Positions 1 to 12,400 of a stretch of 56,630 nt of DNA are shown here, piece after piece; the first letter of the stretch is position 1; each line of letters starts with the position of its first letter. Position numbers and translations under genes: made by a program. The notes under the pieces are model-generated. The model was not told the origin of the DNA. It was given only the letters and a program-made list of their open reading frames with translations, and made no database searches. This stretch comes from Lama guanicoe. Lineage: Eukaryota. Location of the stretch: NCBI GenBank assembly GCA_013239625.1, contig MU054187.1, positions 1,305,587-1,362,216 on the forward strand, given 5' to 3'.

Positions 1-724
1 GGACGGTCTGCGGTTAAGGTTCCGGTGCAGGGAGGTCAGAAGTACCTGCACCGAAAACAAGGCAAAGTCAGCCGGACCCACAGGCAGGACCACAGGGAAG
101 GTCACTGACCACTTCTGCGTGGGTTTTCAGAAATGCTTTCATGGCGACATGGTTCTCGAATGTGTGTCCAAGAGCAAAGCCTGTGGTGTCAGACAGAACC
201 AGGCTGTGCCATGTCCCGGGGCAACTTAACCAATCCCATTTAATCTCTGTGCACCTTAGGTAGACATAATAAAAAAGATGAAGATTCTTACCCGGTGAAA
301 AGGGGAGAGAGAGAGGGAGGGAGGAAGGAAGGAGAGCGAGCAGGTGGGGGTCCGGGGAGCTTGTGAGCAAAACCTCCACAAGACGTGTGTCCCCGAGGTC
401 TGTACAGACCGGGACCCGGGACGCCGGGGACTCCTGTGAGGGGCAGGGGCCAGATCACGAGGGTCTGAGGGATATGGGATTCTGGGCAGGGATTAATTCA
501 TTTATTAAGAAATGGCAATTGAAGATTTGCTTTTTAAAAATGCTACCCTAGACGGAGGGTGTAAGTGTGACAGAAGGGCAGACCTGAAATACTGCTGTTA
601 CTCATCCGTCTTTTATCAAGAAGAAAGTTACAGGAGTGCGCACCTTCACCTATGACGTCTCTTGTTGTCACATGATGAACCTGGTGACTGAATGCCAGAA
701 TGTCCTCCACAGCTGAGTGGGTGT

Positions 725-765
725 AGGTCACTGTCAAGGTCAGGATGTAGGTCACTGTCAGGTCA
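725..765 (+). promoter_or_regulatory. Array of four perfect AGGTCA nuclear-receptor half-sites (spacers 6, 6, 5) in a short tandem duplication
   Basis: AGGTCA at 725-730, 737-742, 749-754 and 760-765; TCAAGGTCA at 734-742. Function not shown. Confidence 0.45.
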
Positions 766-1689
766 GGTGCAGCAGGTGGGAGGAGTCCCGCTCAGAAGGC
801 TGTGTGTGGTGATTTGCTGGATAAGCACTCAGGTCAGTTTTCATAAGAATTTTGTGAACAGAAGTCTGAGGCTCGCTGCCCTCCATCTGCCTTTTCTGCC
901 AGCGCTGTGATCTGTCTTGGAGGTTCCCAGTGTCCCAGCCAGTCCAGCGTCAGAAGTCAGTCATCAGGGGAAATTCTGGGCTTGCAGGTCTCCTTGTCCC
1001 CCCTCCTCCCTCCTCCCTGCGGAGACCCTGTCCTTGGGACCTCTCTGTGAAGTTCCTTCCAGGTGGCCCGGCGTCACCCTCTGTCTGTGATGCACTCGTT
1101 GACGTGTGTGTCCCGCCGGGATCTCCAGCGTCCTAGTCATTTCCTTACCAGTCAGGCGTGAAAGAGCTTGGATTCCCTCCTTCAGACTGAAACGCTTTCT
1201 CTGGTTACAGCTGTTTTGTCATTTGGAAACCACCCTGGACCTGGGGATTCCGTGAGCACCTGGGGAGGAGCCCAGAGCGCTCCCACCTGGATTCCCCAGA
1301 CCGATGTGCGCTTCACGCCTTGGCCAGAGTGCCGAGCCTCTCTCTCCTCTCTGAGCCTCTCTCTCTCCCCCCGTATTTTTGTCTCAGCCCAGAGACTGTT
1401 CTCCCTGTGAGCTGGCAACTTGCTTTTACATCATCAAGCATTCCTTCCTCCCTGTTCTTCTATGTACGGCATAAACTCTAGGTTTGGAAGCCACTGAAAG
1501 TACTATAGACATTCAAAGCTAAGAATTCAGAATTTTTTTTTCTTTAGAAGTAACTTACATTCAGGACTAAGTTAGTCAAATACAAGAGTGAGACTCTTTG
1601 TTCCGAGTCGCCTGTCTCTTCACTAGCTCATCACCGAGCTGGGCGGACAAGACTTAGTGGACTTCTGAGTGCAAGGAGCGGTGCAAACC

Positions 1690-1778
1690 GGGGTGGGGCA
1701 GCTCAGCGGTAGAGCGTGTGCTCAGCGCACACTGGGGCCTGGGCTCAGTCCCCAGGACCGCTGTAAAAAAGCTTTTTA
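1690..1778 (+). mobile_element. Vic-1-type tRNA-derived SINE (camelid)
   Basis: GGGGTGGGGCAGCTCAGCGGTAGAGCG (A box) ... GGGCTCAGTCCCCAG (B box), A-rich tail, degenerate 16-bp TSD (1673-1688 / 1779-1794). Confidence 0.8.
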
Positions 1779-3801
1779 AAAGAGTGATGTAAACAGGTGG
1801 AAATCTATGATTTCATGAACTTTTTTTCAGGGAATCATAATACAAAAATAAATTAAAATAAACAATGTTAGATAACGCTAAGTAGCATGAAGAGGAAAAA
1901 CTCAGGAAAAGGCCATTTTTAATGGAACACTGCTTTACACATTTACCCTGCTACCTCCAGGCCTAGAGGGCTGTAAAGAGACTCAATTTGCTTTATTTCT
2001 CATTCACACTGTGGTGACTTAAAAGAATTCATTTGCTTTCTTTTGGTCTTTTCACACATTTTAATAAAAACTTTTGTTCAGGTAACTATTTTTTAATCTC
2101 AAGTTAAAATCACTCAGCGTATTCTCTGGTTAGACCGCATGAACCCAGATTAACCAGGAAACCCTCGTAGGGCTCCCCAGGTTGTCCCCGTCGTAAAAAC
2201 GTAGCACCGTGTATCATCAGTGTGTGTGTGTGTGCACGTGTCTGTGCTATAAATCTGAGAGTACCTGCCTATCTAATTCATTCGAGGTACTGAATTCCTG
2301 TTTAGAAGATGTTCCAGTATGATTCAGGAAAAAACCAGAAATGGAAGCACTGTATATTGTTTCCTTGCACAAACCTGGGGGAAGTCCGTTTCAGCAAGCT
2401 TGATGGCCTAGGCCTGATTCTGAAAGGCGGTTTTCACTGAATGCCATTTTAAGTAAATGTCAGGCAAAGCAGTGTCAGTTACTTCCCTTCAGTCATACGT
2501 TCTGCATTATTCAGAGAACTAAAATACATGTTGGGGGACTGAAAGACACAAGGCTGGACAGTACATCCTCGAAGACAGTGGTTCACATAAAACATTGGTA
2601 GAATTTTATAGCAATCCTTAAAACCTAATAAAAGGCATAGTTCCACAACGTTCTCAACATGGATTGTTTGACTGGTCAGTAAAACATGATTAGAGTCCTG
2701 CTCTTTCTGTCTACGTCTCTGAACTATCCTGATTTTAGCTGAAGGCACCAATAGTTTCAGAGATTTCCTGAGCTGATTCCTCACCAGAGTAAAAACTGCT
2801 TTGAAATGGTTGGATCAATGCAAGAAAGACAGGCTTTTTGTACATGGCTCTGTGGAAATCACATAATCACATCAATTTCTCAAATTTGATTTTCTTCCGT
2901 GTTTTAAGAGACACGTGTCCCCCCAGTCAGTCTGTTTTCTTAGCTGAGTCGTTTGGTGCTTCTCCAGCCTTGTGCACCCTGTTCATTACATTTCCTCTTA
3001 ATTCACATTTCTCAGTAAGACAAAGGGGACTAAAACTAGAAAAAAAAGGAAAAAATAAAACAATTCACCAAAATAATTTCTAAGTGAAATGGCCTGTCTT
3101 AGTCTGATGTAAGATCATAGCCGCAGAGAGCGCTTCTCAGGGGTCCCTGGAAACCCAGCGAAAGGTGAAAACCGGTTTTAATCAGTAAAACTTCTGTTGA
3201 ACAGAGACCTTGTGTAAGGTCATTTGTCTAAATCTGATGTTCATTTTCATTTGGTTTTTTAAGCTAGTTTACATGACTTAATACAGAGGAAACTCTCTCT
3301 CTGAAAATTTATTTTAAATTCGTAAGACATGTTGTTCAATAAATGGTCTTCATGTAAATATTTATTTTATTCGAGGTCCTAGCTGAAAGTGTTTTGATAC
3401 ACACACATCATCCTTTAGCGCTGGAATATTCCATTTCCTCTTACATGTTGTAACAATTGAATATAATATGACTTCAAAGTGGAAAATAACATTTTGAAAA
3501 CTTACTCTGTGCTCTTAGTAGATTGTCATTTTAAATTGTGTGAAACATAGGCTTTTGTTTCTCATAAAGAGAAAACTATTAGGTGGGAGTCCTTTGAAAT
3601 GTTTGCATATGAAATTGGAACGATTTTGACAGCTAATTTAGAAATGTTCATAAGAGGTGATTGATAGGCAGTGATTTTAGTGCGTCAGGATAGATACCGG
3701 TTTACGTTAACTCACTGAAAATAGGTTCTCATAAAATTTGAGGGGCCTTATGTTACTTCATCTCTGTTGTTCTCACTTTGATTATTTATCTATCATTGCA
3801 G

Positions 3802-3840
3802 ATTAAAAAAATCAACAGAAACTTTCCTGTAAACCAGCAG
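3802..3840 (+). CDS. SNTG1: Gamma-1-syntrophin internal coding exon (39 nt; IKKINRNFPVNQQ)
   Basis: Acceptor ...tcattgcag| and donor |gtaaga. Translation matches the recalled SNTG1 peptide IKKINRNFPVNQQ. Phase 0/0; too short for the ORF track. Confidence 0.93.
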
Positions 3841-4659
3841 GTAAGATGGAAAAACTCTCGTGAAGAATCATGTATTTCTTTCATTGTGTCTGTTATGGAA
3901 GATAATCTTGACTGCATTTAACTTTTATGTGAAAATGATTGGTACCATCACTTGCCAACTTTAGGAAAATACATATTTTATTAGATTTCTTTTATGTTAT
4001 GTAATAGATCTGTTTTTTTTACTAATATTGAAGGCAGTTTTAAGAAAAGCTTTCTATCTAAGTGAATTAAGTCAGAACTGTTTGGACAAAATAATCGTAT
4101 TTATTTGAATACGAAGTTGAATAACTCAGAGAGCTATTTACATTAGAGCGCTTCACTGCGTCTTAACATTTGGAAGGCCTGTATTTCATTGATCTAAAAG
4201 TTAAAGGGAAGTTGAAAGTTAGCTGAGAATATTTAAAATGAGTCTGAATTACTGTCTGAAAGGAAAATCATGTCGGATTAATCAACCTAAGAATACAGTT
4301 GGCTTCTTAGACTAACAATTGACTATAGAATAAAATAATTGTTTATAAAAATGACTGATCCCACTACAGCTTTATTATGCTAAACTCAGCTTCCGTTGCT
4401 TCCATAAACATAACGTGAACATCAGTTAGAAGGAGAAGTGAGTGAGAGCCCGGCTTCTGGGCTCTCCTGAGCCGCCTCTGTGTCAGGTTTGTGTGAGGGT
4501 GGAATTGCAGTGACAGGACACAAAACTCTGACCCTTGGCATCAATCTCAGTTTACAACTGCTGATCAAAATCCAGACACCTCCCAGATCTGTAGGTAAAT
4601 GGCGCTCCAGTCACAAGTTAATTTCAATGGTGCAAATGTTTAAATCTTCTTCAGCTCAT

Positions 4660-4790
4660 TAAAACCAAGTTACTTCTCTTTTCTAAACCTCGGCTCCCTC
4701 GTCTGAAGCATCTGTGTGACAGCAACTATCTTACAGGTTTATTTTTGAAAGTTAAGTGATACCCAATGTCAGGTTCTCAACCTACGCCTT
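4660..4790 (+). mobile_element. MIR SINE remnant
   Basis: aagttacttctcttttctaaacctcggctccctcgtctgaa...tcttacaggtt resembles the MIR core. Confidence 0.5.
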
Positions 4791-4849
4791 GACTGACGTG
4801 TCACATTCATAAGTGAGTTCTTTGCGGTCCGCAGCTTATGTTCTGCTGT

Positions 4850-5620
4850 AAACTGCGCGGTCAATGACGCCCGCGGCCCGACTGCCCGCACAGCCACGTG
4901 TGGCTGAGCAGGTGCTGAGAAGGGCTCCGGAGAGCGTGCTGTCCCCTGGCCGCCTCCCCGGCCAGGCCACCGCGCCCCTCCTCCAGCCGACGCTCCGGCA
5001 GGTGCAGGGCGGGGGGCGTGTGCGTGTGTCCGGGGCCCTTGCTCAGGGCGCATGGCCGGCCTCCAGCCCAGAGCGTCTGATTCACCCTCTCTGGGCTGAC
5101 GCCTGGGAAGCTCCCTGTGTCCCTCCCAGCCCAGGCCAGCCCAGCCCAGGTGACTCCGAGGCTGGGAGCGCGCCGGTGACATCCTGGAAAAGCAGTTTAA
5201 CAAGTTCCCAGGGCTGAGCGGAGACGGGAGTCACGAAGCACACGTGACTCAGACAGAGGCTCCGCCAGGGGGCGCGCTTGCGACGCCCGTGCCCAGACGC
5301 GGTCGCTTCACGGTCGGACGCGTGAACCGGCAGATCTACTCTGGGGGAGCGCCTGCCAAAAAAAATGAGGGGAGAATCTTTCGTTTGAAATATTTCATTT
5401 CAGAACGACTCTAATATTTGTGTGTTCACCCTCCCTCGCCCCTTCGACCCCCAGCGTGCGCAGTGTTAGCGCTGAGCGTGATTTAACCACCACTGAATAG
5501 TCAACCCTGACCGTCCGGCTGCGCGTTACTTACGGCGACACCTGCAAGGGGCGTGTCCCCCGAGCCCCCTCCGTGACGAGCGACGTCCCTCCCCATCGCG
5601 GCTCGTATCTAGGGCTCGAG
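4850..5620. promoter_or_regulatory. Intronic CpG-rich island with strong CTCF motif (CCGCCAGGGGGCGC, 5262-5275) and overlapping E-box/AP-1 (CACGTGACTCA, 5241-5251)
   Basis: Visibly GC/CpG-rich against AT-rich flanks; motifs read directly from the sequence. Confidence 0.6.
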
Positions 5621-6016
5621 TAACACTGAGGGAGTCAAATACAAAGCTGGAAATAAGCCATAATAAAAACTACTGGTATTCTAAGCCACTTGTCTATAAT
5701 TATCACAGATAAGCATTAGCATCCATGGCTTTTTATTTGTTAGCCTTTTAATATTATTACTGTAGTGAAATTTTATTTCAAATCTCTTAGCATCTCACAA
5801 TTTTGAATTCATGCTGAATTCTTCCTGACACTTCAAGCAGGAGTTAATAGATTTTTCCCTTACTACCTTCCTCCGTGCAAATGAAGCCCTTCAGGAAATA
5901 GGGTTCCTTTACAGGTCAACGTTCCCTTCTGTGCCTAATAGGGAAAACTCACCCGCAAGGCGTGATAGCAGAGCGCTAGAAGATCAGGGAACATCCTCCA
6001 CTGAAAATCTGAGCCG

Positions 6017-6282
6017 TTCCTCCCCCACTTGCCCTTTGGTAGCCATAGTTTGTCTTCTATGTCTGTGAATCTGTTTCTGGTTTGTAAATAAAATTTTTAT
6101 CTTTTTTCAGATTCCACAGATAAGTAATTTCCTATGGTATTTGTCTTTCTGTTTCTGGCTTATTTTACTTAGTTTGATGATCTCCAGGTCCATCCATGTT
6201 GCTGCAAATGGCATGATTTCATTCTTTTTTATGGCTGAGTAGTATTCCATAATATAGATACACCACTTCCTCTTTATCCATG
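6017..6282 (-). mobile_element. L1 3'-end fragment (artiodactyl/camelid type)
   Basis: gtttgtcttctatgtctgtgaatctgtttctg...gattccacagataagt...ccaggtccatccatgttgctgcaaatggc...tggctgagtagtattccat. Confidence 0.85.
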
Positions 6283-9200
6283 AGCATCTTTAAATGGCAC
6301 TGGCATATCCTCTCATGTGTCTTTCTCTACATGTTAAGCGTGTTCCTATTTTCTTCTTCTTGTTTTCTTACTTGTCTGTAAGCTCTGCATACTCAGTACA
6401 GGAAGGGGAGTTAACCTTTGCATTTTTATGTAGCCTAAGTCAGCAGTCTTTTGTGATGGCTTACAGGACTTGTGCTGTGCTTGTTGCAGGCCTGAAGAGG
6501 CCAGGGGAGGGCGCTGTATCAGATTATTAAAGTGTTCATGCAGATAAGGATGCTGACCAGAGATGTTCTGCCCCCTGGGCTGGGGCCTCAGGGGGCCCCT
6601 AGCAGCCTCTGCTGGGGCAGACTTGGGCCCTCGCCTCACTCTCTTCCCCCCCCCTTCTGTACCACTGGCTTCTCCCATAAGTGCCTCCACCAGGAAGCAA
6701 GAGGCGAGGGGTCAGCTCTGGAAGCACGTGATGTCAGCAGTTGCGGGGCACAGCGTAGAGGATGAGCCCCGGTCCAGGGGGCCTGGGCACAGCGCACGTC
6801 TGAGCAGTGCCGTGTGACGGCTTCTCTGTGCATTACACTCTGTTTGTTGAGTTTTTTTTTCCAGGGGGATAATAAATGAGTATAGTATTTATTTCATTTT
6901 GCACCATATTAAGTGTGTTTCATAGTGAGTAACAGTATGGAATCAATTTTCTTCTTTCTATTGGACTACCCTTAAAATTCCTAGGCACATATGAGCGTGA
7001 TGAGCATTTATAATGGAAATAAATGCTTAATCTTATATTTGAAGCCACCATGATAAGCGTTGTGCCTTTTAAGAGTTTTTGAGAACTTTTCTCTCCAGGA
7101 TAATAGCTGAAAGATCTTTTGAACATAGTGATCTATAAAGAATGTTTTACAAATTCTTAACTCACAGGAAAAGATTTGGTTTAAATATACATAAATTTTT
7201 TTGATTTAGTAAGTCTTCTGAATAGCATATTAGTTCTCTATGGTGTACACTTGTGTGTTGCTAAATATATGATTTTATTCAAACAGTGTTTTCTGTGTGA
7301 TGCATTAAGTCTAACTATTATGCAGAGGAAGAGCGTCAGCTGTTGTTTTGTTTTTTTCCGTTAATCCTGTAATATGTTAACAAGTGTATCAGAACAGAGA
7401 GATCAACCTTCGGGTCTGAGTACCATGTTAGTGAGATACTAGGAAGTAGACAGCGGCCTGGCGGTTGCTAAGTCCTGCCCCGCACGTTGTCTGTGATGAT
7501 GTCCACGGTGTTGAACATGTTGTAGTATCTGTGCTCCGTTGTGTAAGTATGACTTATCCTCTTAGTACGAAGCCGACTTCTCATTCTCTCTCCAGTGGGA
7601 CAGACCTTCCAGGGCATCAGAGCAGGGTAGTCACGGACAGCTACTCCAGGACCCATTTAGTGACTTGTCTGATGGACGGTTCGAGCCTGTTTCTGACCAG
7701 CAGTTGCACAGGGATCTGCAGGTGACTTGGATCAGATGTGGCGCATAAATGCAAGTGATCTGGGCCCAGAATTCACTTCCTGGAGAGGCTGAAACGGCAG
7801 CCGACATAGGGTCAGAAAGCCTCGCGTAGAGGGAGGAAACACTGGCCAAATTACGAAGGCTTCGTTCTCTGGCCGCTCTTAGGCATTTAGCACAGGGCAA
7901 GGGCCTGCCTAAAAACTGGGGAAATGGGCGATTCTGTCATCAGACTTCTACTGAAAGACAAGACTAGAGTGGGTGTGTGGTGGCAATGACAGACAGGGTG
8001 CACGATTCAGGGAGCCTCAGCGTGCTGGCCCAGCGCGATTCCGACACGCGCTCTCTGAGCCCAGAGGCGTGCGGCCGGCGTGGCTGGCACCACCCTGCTG
8101 CAGGGGGCGTAGACTGCCGAGCGCAGGCTTCCTTGATTTGGGTCTGGAACAAATGAAAGGAGTCTCTTTTGCAAAACAATAAAGGAGTATCTTCCTTGAG
8201 CTCATGTCTTCGTCACAGAGAATGCATCCTTTGTGGAGGACAATGATAAATCCCAACACATATTTGAAAATCCAAACCAAGAAGCCTGAATTCAGTGACT
8301 TATGACCTCATTATGATCAGGCGAAACACGTAAGGAGAGAAAAAATGTGCAAACGTGCATTTTACCTGTATTTCCCCATATCTTAATGAACTGGGAAATA
8401 CAGGTATTTTGTGAAGCACAGATATCAATTTATTGATGTCACTATATTTAATTGTCGTAGTTACGTTTATAAAAGCCTTTAATACATTTAAATCTTCAGA
8501 TAATCTCATGCACTGTTAGTGAGAGGTCACACGTTTCTGGAGGGCAGTCCTGCATTAAGTGTCAACATTAAACTGCACGTATCATTTGGCTCAATAGTTC
8601 TTCTTTTTTAAGGGGCATTGTTAACGGAAAAAAGTTGACGTGTAACAGAAAGATAAAGACAAGACAGTTGTCCCACCAGTAGAAAAATTGTCACATAGAT
8701 TTGTTACAGTTGTTCCCTGGATTATAATACCAACATACTCCAACAGGTCTATAAGTGCAGAAATAAAAGTTTAAACATTAAACACTCACCCCCACAATAA
8801 ATCCACCTTTGGGTTTTTTCTTCCCCTTTGCACATGTTTCAAGTTTTAGGAGGATGTCTTTGAGATGGTCAACCCTGAGTGTCCCTAGAGCAGACACAGA
8901 GTCCAGAGGAGCTTGAAGATAAAGTTTTCATGTTTCATTTTATATATTTTGTATGTTTGATTTATTTTTAATGAACATTTGTATAGATATTATTTATTAG
9001 CTTAAAAAATATATTATTTATTAACATTAAAAATGAAAAAATAAGACAAAAGTTATGTTACATACAATTTATTACCCAAAATAAGAAAATATAGATGGGA
9101 CATATGATTATTTGTGACATAGCAGTTCTTAAGGTTTCGAGTGAATTTTAGGTTTTAATTACATTTTGAAAAAATACCAGCATATTTCTGAAGTACTACA

Positions 9201-10414
9201 GAAACCACAGAGCCTTGCTGCCTGGACTCCTGGACTGCAGTTCTCAGGCCACTTGCCCAGCGAGGAAGCAAGGACGCTTCCTCTCACCAAGTGTGGCAAC
9301 TTTTCTGGGTTATTAGTTTTGATTCCGTCCTCAGAAATGAAAGCGTAAACCTGGTGGGAGAATGAGTTTGTCAGGCCAGCCTCAAAGTGTGTTCTGACAA
9401 ATTGGCGCAGAGGAGAATGTCATGGTAACGTTTGTAGTGACTTTTAACCACTTAGTGAGCAATGACCTACACTGAAATTTGCATTTTAATTACATAATCC
9501 GACCCACTGGGGCATGAATTAATTTTAATCACAGTTTCAACAACAGGCAGATTTAGGAGAATGACTAAAATGGATATGCTTAATATGCATTTGTTGTAGT
9601 GACAGAAACTAAAATTTTTTAATGAAATTTGTTTGAATTTCTTAAGCTCTGTGTAAGTTTATTTTGTTCCTTGAGCAAAACAATAAATGCAGAACACGCG
9701 TCAATGTGCGTGAAGCACTGACAAGTGCTCGGTGAGGAGCCTGCAGAATTGTGATGAAGCCGTGTTTAGGGCACTGGACGTGCTGGGGAGCAGCCCTCCC
9801 TGGAGGGAGTGACGCAGCACATTTAGAAGTTAATACATACTGAATACTCTATGGTAATACATCAGGAGGAGGGAGATCCAGAAGCAGAATGGAGATGCGT
9901 CCGGAGGAAGGAAAACAGGAATGAACACTCACTGGCTTATTCTGACATTTAAAGCAGTTCAGTTAAAGCTTCAGTTAAACTCCTCTTGGGGTTTCCCTGT
10001 GGAGAAGGGCCTCTGCTGAACCTCCTGCAGGGGCCCTGGAAAGAGGCTGGAGGGAAGGCACTGCCGGGGGCGTGGACAAGGCGGCAGGATGTTAGCAGAT
10101 GTCGGTCCATTCCTTAGAGGTGGAGGGGTGAGCACCTGCCACTTCATAAGATCTCCCCGTAGTGTCTCACCCCTCTCTGAATAACACCGAAGCCTTTACA
10201 AGAAAGCCTCTCTCAGAGTCCAGTCAAGAGGCAGAAACCACTCCTGTTGTTTGAACAGAGAGAATTTGATGTACGGAATTTTAACCAGATATCAAGTGTT
10301 AAATACGTGACTGAAAAGGTAAACAGAAGGGACTAGAGTTAGCGCAGAGGAGCAGGAAGCAGCCCCATGCCCGGGGCTGAAGGGACAAAGGGAAGAGGCC
10401 ATGCACAAGGCAAG

Positions 10415-10780
10415 GGGCTCTAGGAAATGAAGTAACCGATGGGAGATACGTACAAAGAGAGATTTAGTTTAAGGAGGTGGCTCCTGTGAGTGTTGGGGCT
10501 GGAAATTTGAAATCTATGAGACAGGCCAGCAGGCAGAAACTCAGTCCTGAGGCGGAATTCCTTCTTCTCCAGGAAACCTCAGTTTTGCTCCTAAGCCCTT
10601 CACCCAATTAGGAGAGGCCCACCCTCGTGGTGGAGGGAGACCTGCTGTATCTACAGTGAGCTTGTTGCAGATGTTCATCACATCTACAGATGAACGTCAC
10701 AGCAGCATCCAGGCCAGCGTTTGATCAAACAACGAGGCATCAAAGCCCAGCTCAGTTGACACGTAAAACTAACCATCACA
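10415..10780 (-). mobile_element. ERVL solo LTR, MLT2-like (probably nested in an older LTR spanning ~10215-11200)
   Basis: gcggaattccttcttctccaggaaacctcagttttgctc...gaggcccaccc...gtttgatcaaacaac...agttgacacgtaaaactaaccatcaca terminus. Confidence 0.8.
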
Positions 10781-12059
10781 GGCAGGAATAATTAAGATGT
10801 GAGAATGGGGTCTGGAGGACATGAAATTCAGGCTTTGAGGAGGAGAAGGCAGTGCAGAGCTCATGCTGGGGGCTCTGAGCTAGAGGAGCAACTTTGTGGG
10901 GGGAACATGTAAATTTGGCCTCGGAAATGTTGGAAAGCCTGTGAGCAAGACACAGCTGTGGCTCCAGGAAGCCTTCCTGGGGTGATGCGCACAGGAGGGC
11001 GGACAGGAAGCAGACAGGAGAGGTGTGAGCAGACAGGACCCCTCCTTCATTCCCTGTCCCCTGAGCAGACCCCTGCCCCCGAGTGTGAAAAGCCAGGCCA
11101 GCTTAGCAAAGCTGAAAGGTGAGGCCCCTGGGTCATGAAAGAAGTTCACTGATTCTCCCAAGCAGATCTGCAGCCAGAGTAACATGAGTGTCAGTCACCG
11201 CACCTTGACCTGCAGGGAACCCATGGCCTTTCGCACCTGAGTGTCAGTCACACCCCAGGAGACAGGCTGGGGAGAACACTGCTTCTCTGCCTGTGCCCAG
11301 GCAGAAGTCACTGTCCCCACTCCCGAAAGGACAGGACTCAACCCATCCTTTTGAGACAGGATGGAAAGGGCAAGGGCCAACATTTCTAAATGTCTCTCCC
11401 AGGGCCAGATAAACCCCGATGTCTCTGGATTATGTGGCCTGGAGAGTCTCCAAGCGCTGAGCCTCCTCCTTTTTTGAAATGAGCACGGGAGAGAGCAAGC
11501 CGATCCCCCGGCCCCCGGGTCTCAGTGGGGACCCGTCTGGCCTGCAGCCGCTCGGTCTCGCAGGGGGATGAAGGAAGTTTTATTATCCTTCAGTTCAGAG
11601 CAGAGCAATTAACTAGAAAAACAGCTACGAATCTGGAATCTGATTCTCCAGATGTGCAGGGTAGAAACTGTTTCTACTAACAGTAAAGACAAGCTTGTCC
11701 TGTCTTGTTCTGGGAGCATTTCCTGGTCTTGGAGTGAGGGCTTTGCACAGGAGCCCCAGGAACTCCAGAGAGCCCCTTCTCGTAGTGCAGTGAGCGGGCA
11801 GGCATGTTTTGAAAGCGAATACATTTTCTTTCCCACGGTTTTCTCCGTAATCATGGATCATGGCCCTGGCTATGTTGTAAATCTAGTTTAACCAGAACAC
11901 ATTTGTACGGTTGCCTGAATAGCATTCTTCCCTGATTTCAGGACAATTCTTAACACTTTGTAGAACTTCATCAAATCAGTAATAAGTGACTCCGAATCCT
12001 GGAGCCAGAAGGCTTATTCGCGGGGGTGATTTTGTGTTAAATGGGGCAATCAGAGGACG

Positions 12060-12400
12060 AGCCGCGTCGGTGGCCGTGGACAGGAGGACCCTGCGCGCTG
12101 CTTCCTTCGTCACTTCCTTAAGCGTGATGTCGCTGACCCGACTGTGCCCCCCTTTCCCCTGACACGTGGAAGAAGACGTAAGGGATGAGCCGCGCAGAGG
12201 AGCGCAGTGAGGGTGCTCGCCGAGGAGGGCCCTTCACCCCCTCGGGGGTAACGGGATGGTTTCACGCGCGTGGCGCGCGGACCCTGCGGCCCTGCCGCGC
12301 CTCCCTCCCGCGGCTGCGCGGCTGCCGGGCTCCCGGCCCTGCACCCCGCTGCGCCCGCTTTCCGCGCCGTGGGGAGCCTCCAGGTACAGCCCGGATGATG
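12060..12400. other. Small intronic CpG-rich patch
   Basis: Dense CG dinucleotides (cgcgcgtggcgcgcggacc...ccgctgcgcccgctttccgcgccg) between AT-rich flanks. Confidence 0.65.

Noticed and set aside
1690..1770. tRNA-like sequence (GCTCAGCGGTAGAGCG...)
   Set aside because: No full cloverleaf; it has an A-rich tail, a TSD and five sister copies in the window, so it is a tRNA-derived SINE and not a tRNA gene.
7460..7950. Possible LTR remnant or cryptic exon
   Set aside because: No family, termini, TSD or meaningful ORF could be recognised with confidence.
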